The position numbers and the translations under genes are program-made. The notes below the pieces were generated by a model, which saw only the letters and a list, made by a program, of their open reading frames with translations, had not been told where the DNA came from and did not search any database. Shown here piece after piece: positions 12,476 through 25,123 of a DNA stretch of 64,000 nucleotides (position 1 is the first letter of the stretch; each line of letters begins with the position of its first letter). This stretch comes from Eutreptiella sp. 'Long Island Sound 2002' (Eukaryota > Protista > Euglenida), in contig OZ038378.1 in NCBI GenBank assembly GCA_964036045.1, positions 189,844,001 to 189,908,000 of the forward strand, in the 5' to 3' direction.

Positions 12476-14344
12476 CAATAACAACAGAAATGCACCGCCT
12501 CATTAATAGGTGCTTCTTTGTGTTGTGCAATTGACTACACACGCCACGCCAAAAATGCATTCTGAATGCCTTTGTGCCTTGGGTCAAAAGCCATGTTTGA
12601 GACATGCCCCGCGGCAGGCCGGGTGTTAACAACGACGATCACTAAAATCACGATGCCAACACCAAAAGCACGACCACGGCCTACACAACACATTTGGGCG
12701 TCGAGCATCCGTATTGGATCCTGTTGCGACCCGCCAGAGCAACTCCTGTGCTCTTCCGTTTCAGAACACGCAGTGCAGATGGATGGTGATGGTTGACTAC
12801 AGCGGACACCCATGCCGGGGCCACATGCATGACAAAGGCGGGAAGTGCGGACTTCCAAGGTGAAAAGGAGTGACGCGTTGTATGAACGCCCGAAAGCACT
12901 GCCCTTTGGAGTCACGAAAGAGCAAGGGGGAGGCAGGGGACGGGTTTCGGTGGGGAGAGGGGGGAGGAGGCGCCGGGGGGGAGGGGGGGCTGAACCCCCC
13001 TCCTCCTACGGTTCCAATGTGCAGCCTGCAGCATGAAGGGGGCGACAGGGGCACAACAAACAACACATGGGTTTCGCGCGGCTACAAGCCGCGAGGCAAC
13101 TATTTAGTGTCCACAACGAGTCTTACCGCGATCATGCATTAGAAGAGGATGAGGCAGGGATAAGGGGGCCCTCCTCCGATGGTTGTCGGCCCTTCTTATA
13201 CATCCCTGCCCAAGGATGGGAGCAATCTTTGGAAGGTATGTCTGGCAGGGACGCATGTCGAGGGGCACATGGGGGACAGTTTCAGAGGTTTCCAGAGGTT
13301 CAGGGTGAATGGAGAATTCGGGACGGAGAAGCGTGACGGTCGTACTCTTGAGCTTGCGCCTTTGGGACTTGTCCCCCTATTCGCACCGATTTCCCCCCAC
13401 CCTCCCCACCACCTCAGCCGGAGGAGTCTGCTGCAATCCCTAGCTCCCATCCTTGGGCCGCGATGTATAAGACCATCATCAACAAAAGTGGGAGCATCAC
13501 CTCAGAGGGAGGTGGGGCTGGGGAGTCGTTCAACCCCGGGAGAGCGCCTGAACCCCCCAATGTTTTCTAGGTGGGGATCCTGGGTGGGTGCCTTGATCTT
13601 GGGTGGGAGGGTGCCTCAAACCCCCTCTGACCTCCCCCCCCCCATGAACTCATGTTTCGAAAACTGGTACTTGCATCCCCAAGATATGTGGGGCCAAGGA
13701 GAGGTTGCAGATAATTGAGGAGTTTTCACATGTGTGTTGGCGGTTTCCATCGAAAACACATGATTGTGCCTTTCTGTTTGGCGGCGTGTTCAGGCGCGCG
13801 CGCGCCCTACTTCACAAAGGCTTACTAGAGGGAGTGCTATCACGGTTTCCCCCTGATTCCCCATTCTTTCAACAGTAACTACTTCCACTTCCCACACGTG
13901 ACCCGCGCTGCGGAGTACGCCAGTAGCGATGCGGAAACGAGACCGGCGCCGCCACATGCCTGCTCCCAACATTCCGAACGGGCGCACCTGGCGACGGGCG
14001 AAGCATCGGGCATCCCGCAGCAGACGTTCGCTGAGATCTTTGAACTCCGCCCCATTGCGATCCAGACTTGCCAATGGGGAGGGTCGTCCCGTCAACACAA
14101 AAGCGTTCGGGTACGGCACATGGACCACCGGAAACACATGATGAACGCATCTGCCATGCAACAGCGATGGACGGCGTGAATGACCGGCCCACAGCAGAGA
14201 AACGCGGGAGGACGTGGCACTGCCCAATCAGCAGTGGCCTTCGGGGACCAGAACGCACAGCCCAGGGCATGTGCAGGCCATTCCACCACGGTGCTGCGTC
14301 CAGCTTTGCCCCATGGGCACAGCTCGGGGCAAAACGCCGGACAG

Positions 14345-14597
14345 CAACCCACACCGCCGGTGAACAATGGGGAACAACCGACTTGGGCGCCAGCGGCGCC
14401 CGGGAAATGTTTTTGGCCTCCATGGACCGGGGCGTAGAATTTTACCCCCATTTCCCTCCGTCCGTGGGGAATGGTAGAAGGGGATTGTACCCCCGGACTT
14501 CTGTACATTCAAAATGCTCAGAATGAAACGGGGAATTCAAGAATGCTCCAAACTCCCAACCCGAAAGAAAATCCCTCCCTCCCAACCCCCCTGCCCG
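14345..14597 (+). repeat. Dispersed repeat; inverted partner at 17213-17502
   Basis: CAACCCACACCGCCGGTGAACAATGGGGAACAACCG...CTTCTGTACATTCAAAATGCTC matches the reverse complement of 17213-17502. Confidence 0.85.
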
Positions 14598-15199
14598 ACC
14601 CCCCGCTCCCAACCCCCTTGTCCACGCCGTGGGGGTTGCCTGACTGCTTGCATGCGCGCGCGCGTGTGTGTGCGTCCGCGTGGCGGGGCATCGAATGGGG
14701 GCGGTGGAGGGCAGCCAATCGGTTGCAAGCGGGCTACAGCCTCATGAGGGACGTCGCACGTGTCGTTATACTTCAATACGAGACTACAAAACGTGCAATA
14801 CAAAAAGGACGCACACATATCTCCGCCCCTGGAAGAGGGTGCGAGCAGCAACGGTCGCGTGAGCGATGAGCGTGCCGTTACTGACAATCTTAACTGCTGG
14901 TACAATGCGGTTCAATATGAAACACCGCATGAACTGAGAAGATCCCCAAATTTGCGGGAGTGGCAGCCTTGAAATAAACACTGGCCCGAAGCTTTTTTGC
15001 CAGTGGCCAGCAGATTGTATATTTTGGTGCAAATTTTTGTGTTTTCCACCTTTTTTTGAGAGAAATCCAAAAAAAATTCTACCATTTTTCCTGCTTCATG
15101 CCTCTTTCTTCCTACCCGTTCCCCAAATGTTTCATAAGAAACAATTAGTTATGCATGCATATGACCTAGACACCACTAACACCACTCTGCTTGAATGTT

Positions 15200-15405
15200 G
15201 TTTTTTTACAACTCTAGATGTGTGCTGTTTATTCCTGATTGTCATATGAACATCACTGTTTATTGTTTTTACAACTCCGGATGGGTGCTGTTTATTCTTG
15301 ATGGTGATCTGGCCATCACTGTTTATTTTTTTACAACTCTGGATGTGTGCTGTTTATTCCTAATTGTCACCTGGCCATCACTGTTTATTTTTTTACAACT
15401 TCCAG
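15200..15405. repeat. Minisatellite, 62-63-bp unit, about 3.3 copies
   Basis: ACAACT anchors at 15208, 15271, 15333 and 15395; unit TTTTTACAACTCTGGATGTGTGCTGTTTATTCCT...CATCACTGTTTAT. Confidence 0.9.
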
Positions 15406-15560
15406 ATCTGTAGGGGAGCATAGCGCTGCACGATTCTGTACACAGTAGGAAAAGTGCCACAATCCCCTCCTGCACATTAACTGGCAAAGTACAAATCACG
15501 GAGGTGACGTGCCCACCAGACTGCCACAAGGCCACGGACACATTGTGTGAGCCCAAGTTC

Positions 15561-16067
15561 TCATGTTCCTTGAGACTGAACAATTTGAAGTTGGAAGTTC
15601 CTTGCACGACCGGGGCTCCCAAGCCGTGGATGCGCACAGCACGCCTCGCACCACATGAGCACACACACGGGATCGTACCGCAACCATGGCCGAGTCAACT
15701 GCCATGCATGGGAGAACTTACGTGCCTTAGGAACAGGAGCAGACATGGGCTCCCGCGCGGCACACCACGTACAAACACCATCAGTGGTGCAGGTGGGGTG
15801 CACACGGAAATAACGTGCATGAGATTCAACTGAGTGGGATGCCAACTCGTTCCCACATGCACGACAAGTACATGAAAAACACTGTACCAGTCTTTCCACA
15901 AGTTGCATGCATGCCTCATCAACAAACCGGTGGCACTTGCTGCATGTCTGCTTGGTGCCGCAAATGTTTGCACCGCAGCAAGCACATCGGACAGCCGTGA
16001 ACCCAAAGGTTGACAAATTGGGCGCGGGTGCCGCGGCGGTGCGCTGCGAGCGCGCGGGTGAAGCCAC
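15561..16067 (-). pseudogene. Cys-rich (PHD/zinc-ribbon-like) ORF fragment, probably transposon-derived
   Basis: CACC..NICG..TCSKCHRFVDEAC..QCFSCTCRAC spacing. No ATG start (GTG). Confidence 0.25.
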
Positions 16068-17212
16068 GACAAGGGATGATGGTTCGTCGAGTGTGTTGGA
16101 TGTGCTTGAGTGTGTTGGATGCGCAGAGACCCTCCCTCCTCCGAACGTAAATAGCGGAGGGCCTCAGCAACGTTGGGGAAATGCATCCAAGCGACATCTT
16201 GGGGCGCAATGGGGTCAAGCGGCCACACCCATATGTTAGAACCCATGTCAAGACTAATCAAAAGAAAGAAGGGGGGGCGGTGCAATGACAACACAAGGGG
16301 AAGGAAGAACACTCTTTCTTGTGCCGGAGGAGGCCGCCCCGAGCACCGACATTTTTCTACTCTAAAATTTGTCTTCTCTTCTTTCCATACATTCTTCATT
16401 ACCCTACCCCACCCGTTGATACCAACGTTGTTGTGCCACCAAGTTTGGGGAGGAGGCCACCCCTGTCATCAACCCTCTTCTACCCCCAAGATTTGCTCTT
16501 AACCATTTTCCTATGCATAGATTACCCTACCCCACCACGCGCGCGAAACTTGCCTTGACAACCATGTAAGAATGGCAACAATGTGAACAAAATGACAAAA
16601 AGCACGCAACTTGCAAGACAAAGAAGGTCAATTGCATCATGAAATAGTGCAACCGTAGCAATATACACCAATTTACACCGAATTTACACCGTAAACACCG
16701 CAGTGGCCCAAAAAGAGGCCGTTTTCGTAAAATTTACGCATATACGCGTAAATTTGCCATTTGGCCAGCGACCTGGCCAGCATTTAATTCAAGGCAGGGG
16801 AGTGCCCTGAACTCAGGGGCGTTAGAACTGAAATGGGACAAATATCTGCGCGTCTGACACCCAAGACTATCAGGAAAGAAGGGGAGAAAGGGGCTGTTGG
16901 TGCAAGCAAGGAAAGAATGGGTTGTGGGCATAAATGCGGCGTTGAAACTCCAAAACATGCGGTCGACAACAAGCAGGAGTGTGGAAACAAGCACTAGACC
17001 GTGGGTTGCCGGGCGTCATTTCTTCGGAAGCATTTGGCAACCAGCGGCATGAAAAAGAGGTGCATCCCCCTTTATGCCCATGCCCTTTGGTGTTCGTTGG
17101 CTGATGTCGTATCCAATTGAGCCCCACTTCCCCATAGTATAGGGGTAACGGGGAGCTAAATGTGGGGCGGGGGGGGATTCAGTCCAGTTCTAGACCGCAA
17201 CCCATATGGCGT

Positions 17213-17502
17213 GGGCAGGGGGGTTGGGCGGGGGAGGGGGTTCAAATTTTTCTTCCGGGTCTTGGGGTTTGAGGGCATTCTTGAATTCCTCGTTTCAGTC
17301 TGAGCATTTTGAGCATTTTGAATGTACAGAAGTCCAGGGGGTACAATTCCCTTTTACCATTCCCCACGAATGGGGGGAAACAGGGGGGGATGTGGGGGGG
17401 GGGGGGATTCTGCGCCCCGGTCCACAGAGGCCAAAAACATTTTCTGGGTAGTGCTGGAGCCCAAGCCGGTTGTTCCCCATTGTTCACCGTCGGTGTGGGT
17501 TG
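17213..17502 (-). repeat. Inverted copy of the 14345-14597 repeat
   Basis: Reverse-complement match with small indels. Confidence 0.85.
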
Positions 17503-17599
17503 GAGCGGGGTCCGCGCGACACGTAAGTGTGTGGGGAGGGTGGGCTTTGGAACAAAACCCTCGGACATTCATTTCGAAATTTGTGTCCAACTCAGGGGG

Positions 17600-17715
17600 C
17601 CGGTAGAAAGAAAATTCCTGGTACCACTGTGGCATTTTTTTTTCCGGGGGGTACCCCCGGAGGGGGAGGGGGGTACGAAAAATTTTTTGTGCAAAATTTT
17701 TTTCCGGGCCCAAAA
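17600..17715 (+). repeat. Dispersed G-tract repeat, copy 3 of 4
   Basis: AAAATTCCTGGTAC..TTTTTTCCGGGGGGTACCCCCGGAGGGGGAGGGGGGTACGAAAAATTTT. Confidence 0.7.
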
Positions 17716-18045
17716 GACTGAGATTTTTTAAATCTATCCCACTCCTTTGAATTCGAGAGGTGCAAATAGGATACTTTTCAAGGTCACCATTGATAATTTA
17801 GCCGATATGGGTGATATTTGTGTTCGAGGGCACCTTGCCAGTGGCGCCCCACCCAGGCTGAACCATGCCTTTTTTCAGGATGCCGCTCTCTGTGGCTGGA
17901 TAACCCCTGGGCAGAATTGCTACGTAACCCCTGCGTTCTTGGGGGTCCCCAGAAAAGGGGACAAAATCAAAGCACCGCACACCAAAAAAAAAGAAAAAAA
18001 TAGTTTGCCTTTGCATCCGAACCCATATTGCACTTCCTACACATT

Positions 18046-18115
18046 GTCCACAGCAGGATTTGAACTCAGGGCGTTGCAAGCCCAGCGCAACTGCTTTTCC
18101 ACTGAGGTACAGGCC
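18046..18115 (-). pseudogene. tRNA-derived sequence (tRNA pseudogene or SINE head)
   Basis: The minus strand has an A-box-like TACCTCAGTGG, a central GTTGC..GCAAC hairpin and a B-box GAGTTCAAATCC at tRNA-like spacing. The acceptor stem is imperfect. Confidence 0.45.
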
Positions 18116-18819
18116 AACTCTAACAACCCCCTGCTCAGTGATGGATCTCGTCCTCAGCAACTTTTGCCTGTTGTCCTGACACTTTGCCCGTTGTCGCTGA
18201 GTATTCCTTTCCCCAAAAGCGGACATCTCAGGTTGTACGCATTTTTGCGCACTGTCTCATTCTGTGCTGCTGGCCGAAGCTTGTGGCTGCACTGACATTA
18301 TGCTGTAACGTGTTGTTCATGCAATAGATTTCCAACCACCCGTGCCGTCCTTTGATGAATTCTCCAAGAAGCAGGCAAGACCAGTGCTTTACCAACACAA
18401 AGACAGGTATGTGCACAACATGTTATCAAAGGCACAAATGTGGGAAGGCTGCCGTGGACTGTGGAGCACTGAAGCAGAAACACCGTTGAACTATCAGGGA
18501 ACCCGGCACGGCATCCTTGCAGAATTTCCTTGCATTTACCCAAATCTGTTCAGCCTTAAACCTTTTCCTCAACTTCTTCTCCACCTGTGCAAACATGCCT
18601 CAGTGTGCATGAGAACAGGGTTCTGTGTCGACTCCAAATATGTGGCATTGTGGAGTGGTCCCGTCCAATATGTTTTTCATCCATTATTCAGTTCTCTTGA
18701 AAAATTTGAGTATTTTGAGTATGGACACATGGGGTGAAAAAGCCATGCCGCATCAAGGAAATTTTTCTTATGGCGCCTTTGGCGCCGACGGTCGGGCACT
18801 TCCCTGGGTTCTGCCTGCG

Positions 18820-18915
18820 AAAAAAATTTCCTAATAAGTGCAGTACCTTTTTTTTCGGAGGGTACCCCTGGAGGGGGGGAGGGGGTACGAAAAAAAATTT
18901 CTGTGAATTTTTTTC
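18820..18915 (+). repeat. Dispersed G-tract repeat, copy 4 of 4
   Basis: TTTTTTTCGGAGGGTACCCCTGGAGGGGGGAGGGGGTACGAAAAAAATTT. Confidence 0.7.
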
Positions 18916-20559
18916 CACTGCCCCCCTGGTCCGGCTGAGATATCAACAAATGCTAAAAATATCCCAAACACGGTGGTCACCACCCAAGCCCGACGGAACC
19001 GCCCCAGCCTATGCCCAAGCGCACCCCATCCAGCCAAAGGCAACCCCCTGGCTGCCCAAAGCACGGGCAGGTCCCACCTCGGAGCTGTGCTGGGTGCCCT
19101 GGCTGTGCCCTGGAGGCAGGTCCCAGTGATGGAGAAGCAGTATTTTTGGCGCCCAAAGCCTAACCCAAAGCCTATGGGCAACTGATACGGCCAATTTTCC
19201 GGAAGGGGAAACTTTCGAGGAACAGGCTGCCACGGATGCATACAATCCAGACGTGCAGACGTGTTACATCAACTCCACACTTTATCTACACGTCTGGTGC
19301 AATCGCCACCCCTGACCTTTGATCTTTGCTCGAATGGCACGTATATATAAGGGCGAGACAGGGACACATCGTGCTGGCAACTTGCAGACCTGTCGTGCAC
19401 TGTGACCTGGTCGATGTGTCGACATGGGGCCGTACTGATCCACTGGGGCCTGAGGTATGCCAGGGCCTTGCCAATCCAATCAAATTGGGACCATTCCCAA
19501 GTGTGCCAGGGCTGAAATATGGCGTCGAATGTCTTGCCTGGCCACAGCAGGAGGCAGAAGATATATTCATCTCTTCCGGAAGGCACTGAGCTACGAGGGG
19601 GGGGGATGGGGCTGCTGAGGAGGGAATCCCTTGAGGGAAAGCAGTCCTGAGGGACTGTAATGGGGCAATCAGTAAAGCGGTTGAAGCGGCGTGAGGCGGT
19701 TTTGGCGGTACAAATGCAGTGGAAACACAAACAAAGCAAACTGGCCTCACGGAAATGGTCACCCCAAGAGCAAGTGGAGAAGAGTAGGGCCTTTGGCAAA
19801 GGACACTTCGGACTCCTCTGGAATTCGGACCAAAGGTCACAATGAAATTCATCTTGGAAAAGCCGTCACTGGGATCTGGTTGTTGCCAAATCTGGCCCAT
19901 TGGTGCATTAGCAGTGAAAAATGTAACCCGAGTACAAAAAAATCGTCAAGTCGTGTAGTTTTTTTTTGCGGTAAAGCCGTGTAATTTTTTTTTGCAGGAA
20001 ATCGTGTAACTATATAAAAAAATCCCGAAAAATAAAAAAACATCGTCGGTGCGTGTAATTTTCATTTTCACGGTAAGTCATGTAATTATAAAAGAAATTG
20101 GAAAATCAAAAAATAGGGCAACTTTGCAATACACACGCAATATGCACAATTGCTGTACAGCACCCCATAGCGACCTCAACGAAGGGATGCAAAGTCCACA
20201 AAGCACCAAGTACTTTATGTGGCCACCAATGAGTTGGGACTCGGCCGATATAACGTAGCATCACATGGTGTAATTGGCACTAGAAACAAAATCACGCTCA
20301 AGAAAAGAGTCTCGACAGGGCCATGGCCAACATTAGTGTGCCGGCGTTGGGAACAAAATTAGGCTCAAGAAAAGAGTCTTGACGGGATCATAGCCAATGC
20401 TAGTGCCACCATTTAATTCGGACAAGGGCAGAAAGAATATCCACTGAGATGCGCTCAAGGCCCGAAGGCTCTTGCATGCAGTGCGAAGACCGCAACAGGC
20501 AGTGGTGCAAATAGAAATACTCTCCGCGGCCACCAGGCACTGGGATGGGGCCAATAAAA

Positions 20560-20929
20560 TAGCATGTTTAGACACCACAAAAGTGTGGCAACAGCTCCAA
20601 GCCATGTTGTCTAGTGTGGAGCCAGATTCAACAATGTGCATCCACCTGGACACTCTCTTCATGTAAGTAGCTGCAAGATTCCACATACGTGGTTCATCTA
20701 TTACCATGTGGTAGAGCTCTTGGTTCAACCAACACAAGATATCGTTGTCTGTCAACCAATCTCCCACCCCCGAAGGGTGTGTTTTGTTAGGGATGGTACT
20801 TCGAGTACGCCTTTTAGAAGTTGGAGGTGTGACAAGGGGCGCACTTGGCGAAGCCTTCTCTCCCTTCGCCTTCTGCCATGGCACAGGGGCCACAACAGGA
20901 GGTGCAAAGGGGTCCAGTTGCCAATCCAT
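20560..20929 (-). pseudogene. Possible Ulp1/C48-peptidase-like remnant
   Basis: GDWLTDNDILCWL resembles the Ulp1 WLND-IN motif. The catalytic HW motif is not recovered. Confidence 0.25.
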
Positions 20930-20950
20930 ATCCCCAACTGGACAAGGGCG

Positions 20951-21225
20951 GTCCCCAACGCTTCAAAGCGGTGGACAAAATCAGTAGTGGCCCACAAGTG
21001 GGCAGATTGGCTACATAACCCCCTGCTGGTTGGTGGGTCCCCAACACTTCCCAGTGGGGGACACAATCAAAAGGTCCCCAACGCTTCAGGAGTGGGGGAC
21101 AAAATCAGAAGTGTCCCCAACACTTCAGAGCGGGGGACAAAAATCTGCAGTGGCCCACAAGTGGGCAGATTGCCTACATAAACCCTACCGTCTGTGGGGC
21201 CCCAACGCTTAAGAGCGAGGGACAC
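20951..21225. repeat. Compound hairpin satellite (units A and B)
   Basis: Unit A (GTCCCCAACRCTTCAGAGYGGGGGAC-like) at 20951, 21037, 21074, 21113 and 21199. Unit B (GTGGCCCACAAGTGGGCAGATTG.CTACATAA) near 20987 and 21150. Confidence 0.85.
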
Positions 21226-22275
21226 ACGATTGGCTACATGGCCCATAGCATGCAATTTTTTTTGTAGTAAACATGAGTGCAAAAAAATCGTCAAGTGGCG
21301 TAATTATTTTTTATTGCAGTAAACGTGGGTACAAAAAAACCGTCGTAATTTTTTTGCGTTAAACGCGGGTACAAAATCTTGCAATGTAATTTTTTTTTGT
21401 GTAAACGCGAGTACGGTGTACTTGCAATTACCGAAAAAAATTACACGACGCTGCGATGTTTTTTGTTACACACATTTACCGCAAAAAAAATACACAGATT
21501 AGAAGATACACACATTAGCATGCCCATGGGGCGGGAGGGGCTGGTGAGATTCTTGACCCCTCCCCACGCCCTCTTCTACCGATTCCCTTCCGGAATATAA
21601 ACTTGGCACGCTTGTTGGGGTGACATGGGAGATGGTGTAGTGGTTATTGGTGCCGTCTTCCATGGGTTGGTTTAGGGCTCTGGGGGTGTAGGCAACCAGC
21701 ACCTGAACTTTGCAATCAACTCCTTCAACATCCGTGATTTGGCCCTGACGGGTGACGCCCTTGCAAGGCACGCTTTTGCGGTATTGCCCACCCCACAACA
21801 CCAACTGTGGCCTAAAGTATATCTTAGGGGCAAGGCAATTGGTTGAAGGTGTAAACAACCGCCGTTGTGGATGTGAGGGTAGTTGTGGTGGAATGGGGGG
21901 TCTCCGTCATTCGTCCAAGCGAATCTTGGGGCAGAAGCTTGGGGAAGAAGGCACTGGCTTGGGGAACACTGACATGGGGCAGGGCTAGAGCGCCGAGTAG
22001 TCAACGAGGGAGCATTACAGTCGGGGGTTGACATGGGGCATAGATCGTGGGGTGTTTAGTGAGACTTAGTAGATGATTTCAAGTTGAGTGAAAAGATGTT
22101 TCACTAAAATTACTAAGTTTTACCACACACACTTTTTTTTATCTAGGCTACTTCACTTCAATGGTGGGTGGTACTTTTGTTCAAGGGCACAAAGCCCTTG
22201 GGTTGTTTCTTGACCACTTGATAGCAGCGCTCCACCTAGGCCAAACCATCTTGCACATGTGTGCTTCTTTATCAT

Positions 22276-22329
<54 letters not shown>
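22276..22329. repeat. (GA)n microsatellite
   Basis: Directly visible. Confidence 0.95.
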
Positions 22330-22332
<3 letters not shown>

Positions 22333-22816
22333 TTGCATGTGTTCTAACCGAAGAAACTGCCAACACACTCTTGTACACGAGGTCTTCCTTGGTGTCTTTG
22401 GGGTGGGGCCGTGCAGCCTTTGGATTGGCTTTGAATAGGTCATGAAGAACACTCGTAGACTTGTGATCCCACGCCAATATCTAATTGCTTCTTTGTCATT
22501 GTACAATCTTGCCACAGGCATTTTTGGGATGACAAGTAGGAACGGAATATTTCCTACCACGAGTCAACACTTTCAGCTAGCCTCATCATGCAATCTTGCA
22601 CATACCCCATGAAGAGAAAGGCAATTAAGGCAAGGTGTGTGGGGTGTGCCATAAAAAAATTCGCATGAGTTAGGGGTGGGGACTGCACATTTGGGTCTGG
22701 AGTGCGATCTAGCCACACCCCAAGTCACTGGTGGTTGGGAGTGTGTGGGCATACTTGGATCCACTGCAATGCAAAACGACTAGTGCCATGTCACGCAATA
22801 GCCACAATCTATCTTG

Positions 22817-23034
22817 TGCAGGAGGTCACAGGCACAGGTAAGCGCAGATAGTCGCAGATGCATTGCGCTTGTAGGATTTGCGATTATTTGTAAATTCGAG
22901 ATACGTTCATCGCAGGATTCATATTGTATTTGAGTATGCAATTGTTGTATAGTATTGTGTTCTGTACTCACAGGGTTTTGTCAAATGTCACTATGATTTG
23001 GTGTATTCGTGTTCATGATCATCATACTGTTCCA
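22817..23034 (+). repeat. 5' LTR
   Basis: TGCAGGAGG...GTTCCA; differs from the 3' LTR at two positions seen. Confidence 0.93.
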
Positions 23035-23045
23035 TGGTAGCATCG
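23035..23045 (+). promoter_or_regulatory. Primer-binding site
   Basis: TGGTAGCATCG abuts the LTR. TGG pairs with tRNA CCA, and TGGTAGCA fits an initiator-Met-type 3' end. Confidence 0.7.
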
Positions 23046-23254
23046 TCTCGTTGAAGTTCTGTCCTATGGGTTTGTGTATACGCTGATTGAGAGGTCTGTT
23101 CAATGTAAAAATGCTGCCGGAGCGATTGGCGACGCTTGCGGATTCTTCAGTGCGACTTCAAAGGTTTGGCACACTGGGTCTCTATGATCGTGTTGCGTTT
23201 CAAACTGAGCAGAGTGACTGAGCGCGGGTATGGCGAGAGCGCGTGGAGAGTTAG

Positions 23255-23698
23255 TTGCGCCGACGTGAGGAAGTTTATGGAGCGACAACTGAGGTTTCGT
23301 TACCATCTACGGCCGGGCCGCTCGCGTTTTATACAGTGGCTGGTGTCAAGAGTATTAGAGAACTGGCGGGTGATTTCATTGAGCGTGACGAGTCAAAGGA
23401 CGAGAGAAGGTTGCATGAGCTGAAGGTTGCGGTGCGCAAAGTTGACTCAGAGTATGACGGTTACAGTGTAAGCGAGAGCAGTCTTGACTATGTACCTGAT
23501 CCTTCTACTGTACAGGTGATACGAGCTCTGTATGCCGCCGAGGACACAGCAAAATTACGTCGTGTTGTGGGTTTCGTAGACTTTGAGGTGTTTGACAAGC
23601 GCGCAGAAGCCGCCAGCGGGCGGCAGACATTGTCAAGAGCTCAGCGAAAAGCGCGGCAGCGCGTGCAAGCAAAGGTGGTGCCCATTTCTCTCCCTTAA
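23255..23698 (+). CDS. Internal ORF of unknown function in the non-autonomous LTR element
   Basis: 147 codons, protein-like charged composition, non-ATG start, no recognisable motif. Confidence 0.3.
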   Translation: MRRREEVYGATTEVSLPSTAGPLAFYTVAGVKSIRELAGDFIERDESKDERRLHELKVAVRKVDSEYDGYSVSESSLDYVPDPSTVQVIRALYAAEDTAKLRRVVGFVDFEVFDKRAEAASGRQTLSRAQRKARQRVQAKVVPISLP

Positions 23699-24895
23699 AA
23701 GCTCCTGAGCGCGCCGGAGTCTGGCCTGGCGCCGTGGACAGAGGTATTGGTTGACAAGTTCGTTGCATGCGCCGAGGAAAGTTCTGGGGAGTGTGATACT
23801 GAGTTACGAGAAAACTGGTTGGAGTCCCAGTGACATTGTGAAGGAGTAGGACAAGTGCGCTGCTCACGAATGGTCAAAGCAGCACGCCGCCGAGACAAGT
23901 ATGACGAATGCGAAGGAGCGTGCCGCCGACACCAAAAGCACAGCGCTGGTGGTCGTCAAGTACTGAGTCGCCTGAACAGCGTGTCGATCAACGTTGCTGC
24001 CTCTCTGTATGTCAAGATTCAAATGATTTGATGGTGAATGTAAAAAAAAGGTCAAGTCCTGAGGCGCCGAAGGCCTCAGTTAAGTATACTTGTGCTTTGT
24101 TAGTGGTGCCGGCAGTTGCACCCTTGTTTTGTTTTGTCATTACCTCCCCTTTTTTGCTGCAAATCATACTGCATGGTAAGTGCTGGGCCTGAGGCGTCTG
24201 CACTCTCAGTTTGTTGTCTCTACCCTTTTGTTGGCTCTGCTCAGCCATGTGGCTCTGACACTCGGAGCCTATGCATATTGCTTTACCATGTACTTTAGTT
24301 TGATTTGGCTGCAGTGCCACTCTTTGGGTGGTGCTTCTTCAATACGTGGACTTGTTTGGGAACATGCACAGTGAAGTTTTATTGTTTTGGATGCGCTGTG
24401 TGTGTATGGATGCCTGCTGTTTTTGATGTTTCAAAAATTTTGGATGCGAAACAGCAGGAAGTTCCAAACCCAAGCAGGGAAACAAACATTGGAGAACATT
24501 GTAGTCTTTTTCGAAATTTGAAGGCAAGGTTTTATATATCAAAAAGATAAACGCTTTTTCAGAGTTTTGATTATATAGTGCACTCTAGTGGCTTCCCCAA
24601 GAGCCCTAAGCAGTTTATAGTCTTGTTTTCACCTCACCCCAGGCCACCACACCCTTTAGTGCACGCAAAGACACTAGAGGACACCGTTGGGTCATGCTCT
24701 GAAGGTGCCAATGTACAATAGTTTGAATGAGCCCATTTGTTTTCCTAGGTGTTAGTACCCCACTCAGATTGAAGGTAAACCCGAAAAAAAGTAGGTGGGC
24801 CATGGTCTTGAAGGATGGTCTAGGGGAACACCCTAATGTACATTAGAAGCCGTGGCCTGTGCCTCCAGGTCCAATTTCCCGGCCTCAGATGGCCT

Positions 24896-24905
24896 AGGAG
24901 GGGGG
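24896..24905 (+). promoter_or_regulatory. Polypurine tract
   Basis: AGGAGGGGGG immediately before the TG of the 3' LTR. Confidence 0.8.
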
Positions 24906-25123
24906 TGCAGGAGGTCACAGGCACAGGTAAGCGCAGATAGTCGCAGATGCATTGCGCTTGTAGGATTTGCGATTATTTGTAAATTCGAGATACGTTCATC
25001 GCAAGATTCATATTGTATTTGAGTATGCAATTGTTGTATAGTATTGTGTTCTGTACTCACAGGGTTTTGTCAAATGTCACTATGATTTGGTGTATTCGTG
25101 TTCATGATCATCATAGTGTTCCA
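24906..25123 (+). repeat. 3' LTR
   Basis: Direct repeat of 22817-23034 (offset 2089). Confidence 0.93.

Larger units (their letters stand above)
22817..25123 (+). mobile_element. Non-autonomous LTR retrotransposon (TRIM/LARD-like), 2307 bp
   Basis: 218-bp TG..CA LTRs at both ends; 5-bp TSD TCTTG (22812-22816 and 25124-25128); PBS-like TGGTAGCA directly after the 5' LTR; polypurine AGGAGGGGGG before the 3' LTR. No RT or IN motifs inside. Confidence 0.92.

Noticed and set aside
20951-21225. CRISPR array
   Set aside because: Palindromic repeats are present, but the spacers are related to one another and irregular, there are no cas genes, and the context is eukaryotic.
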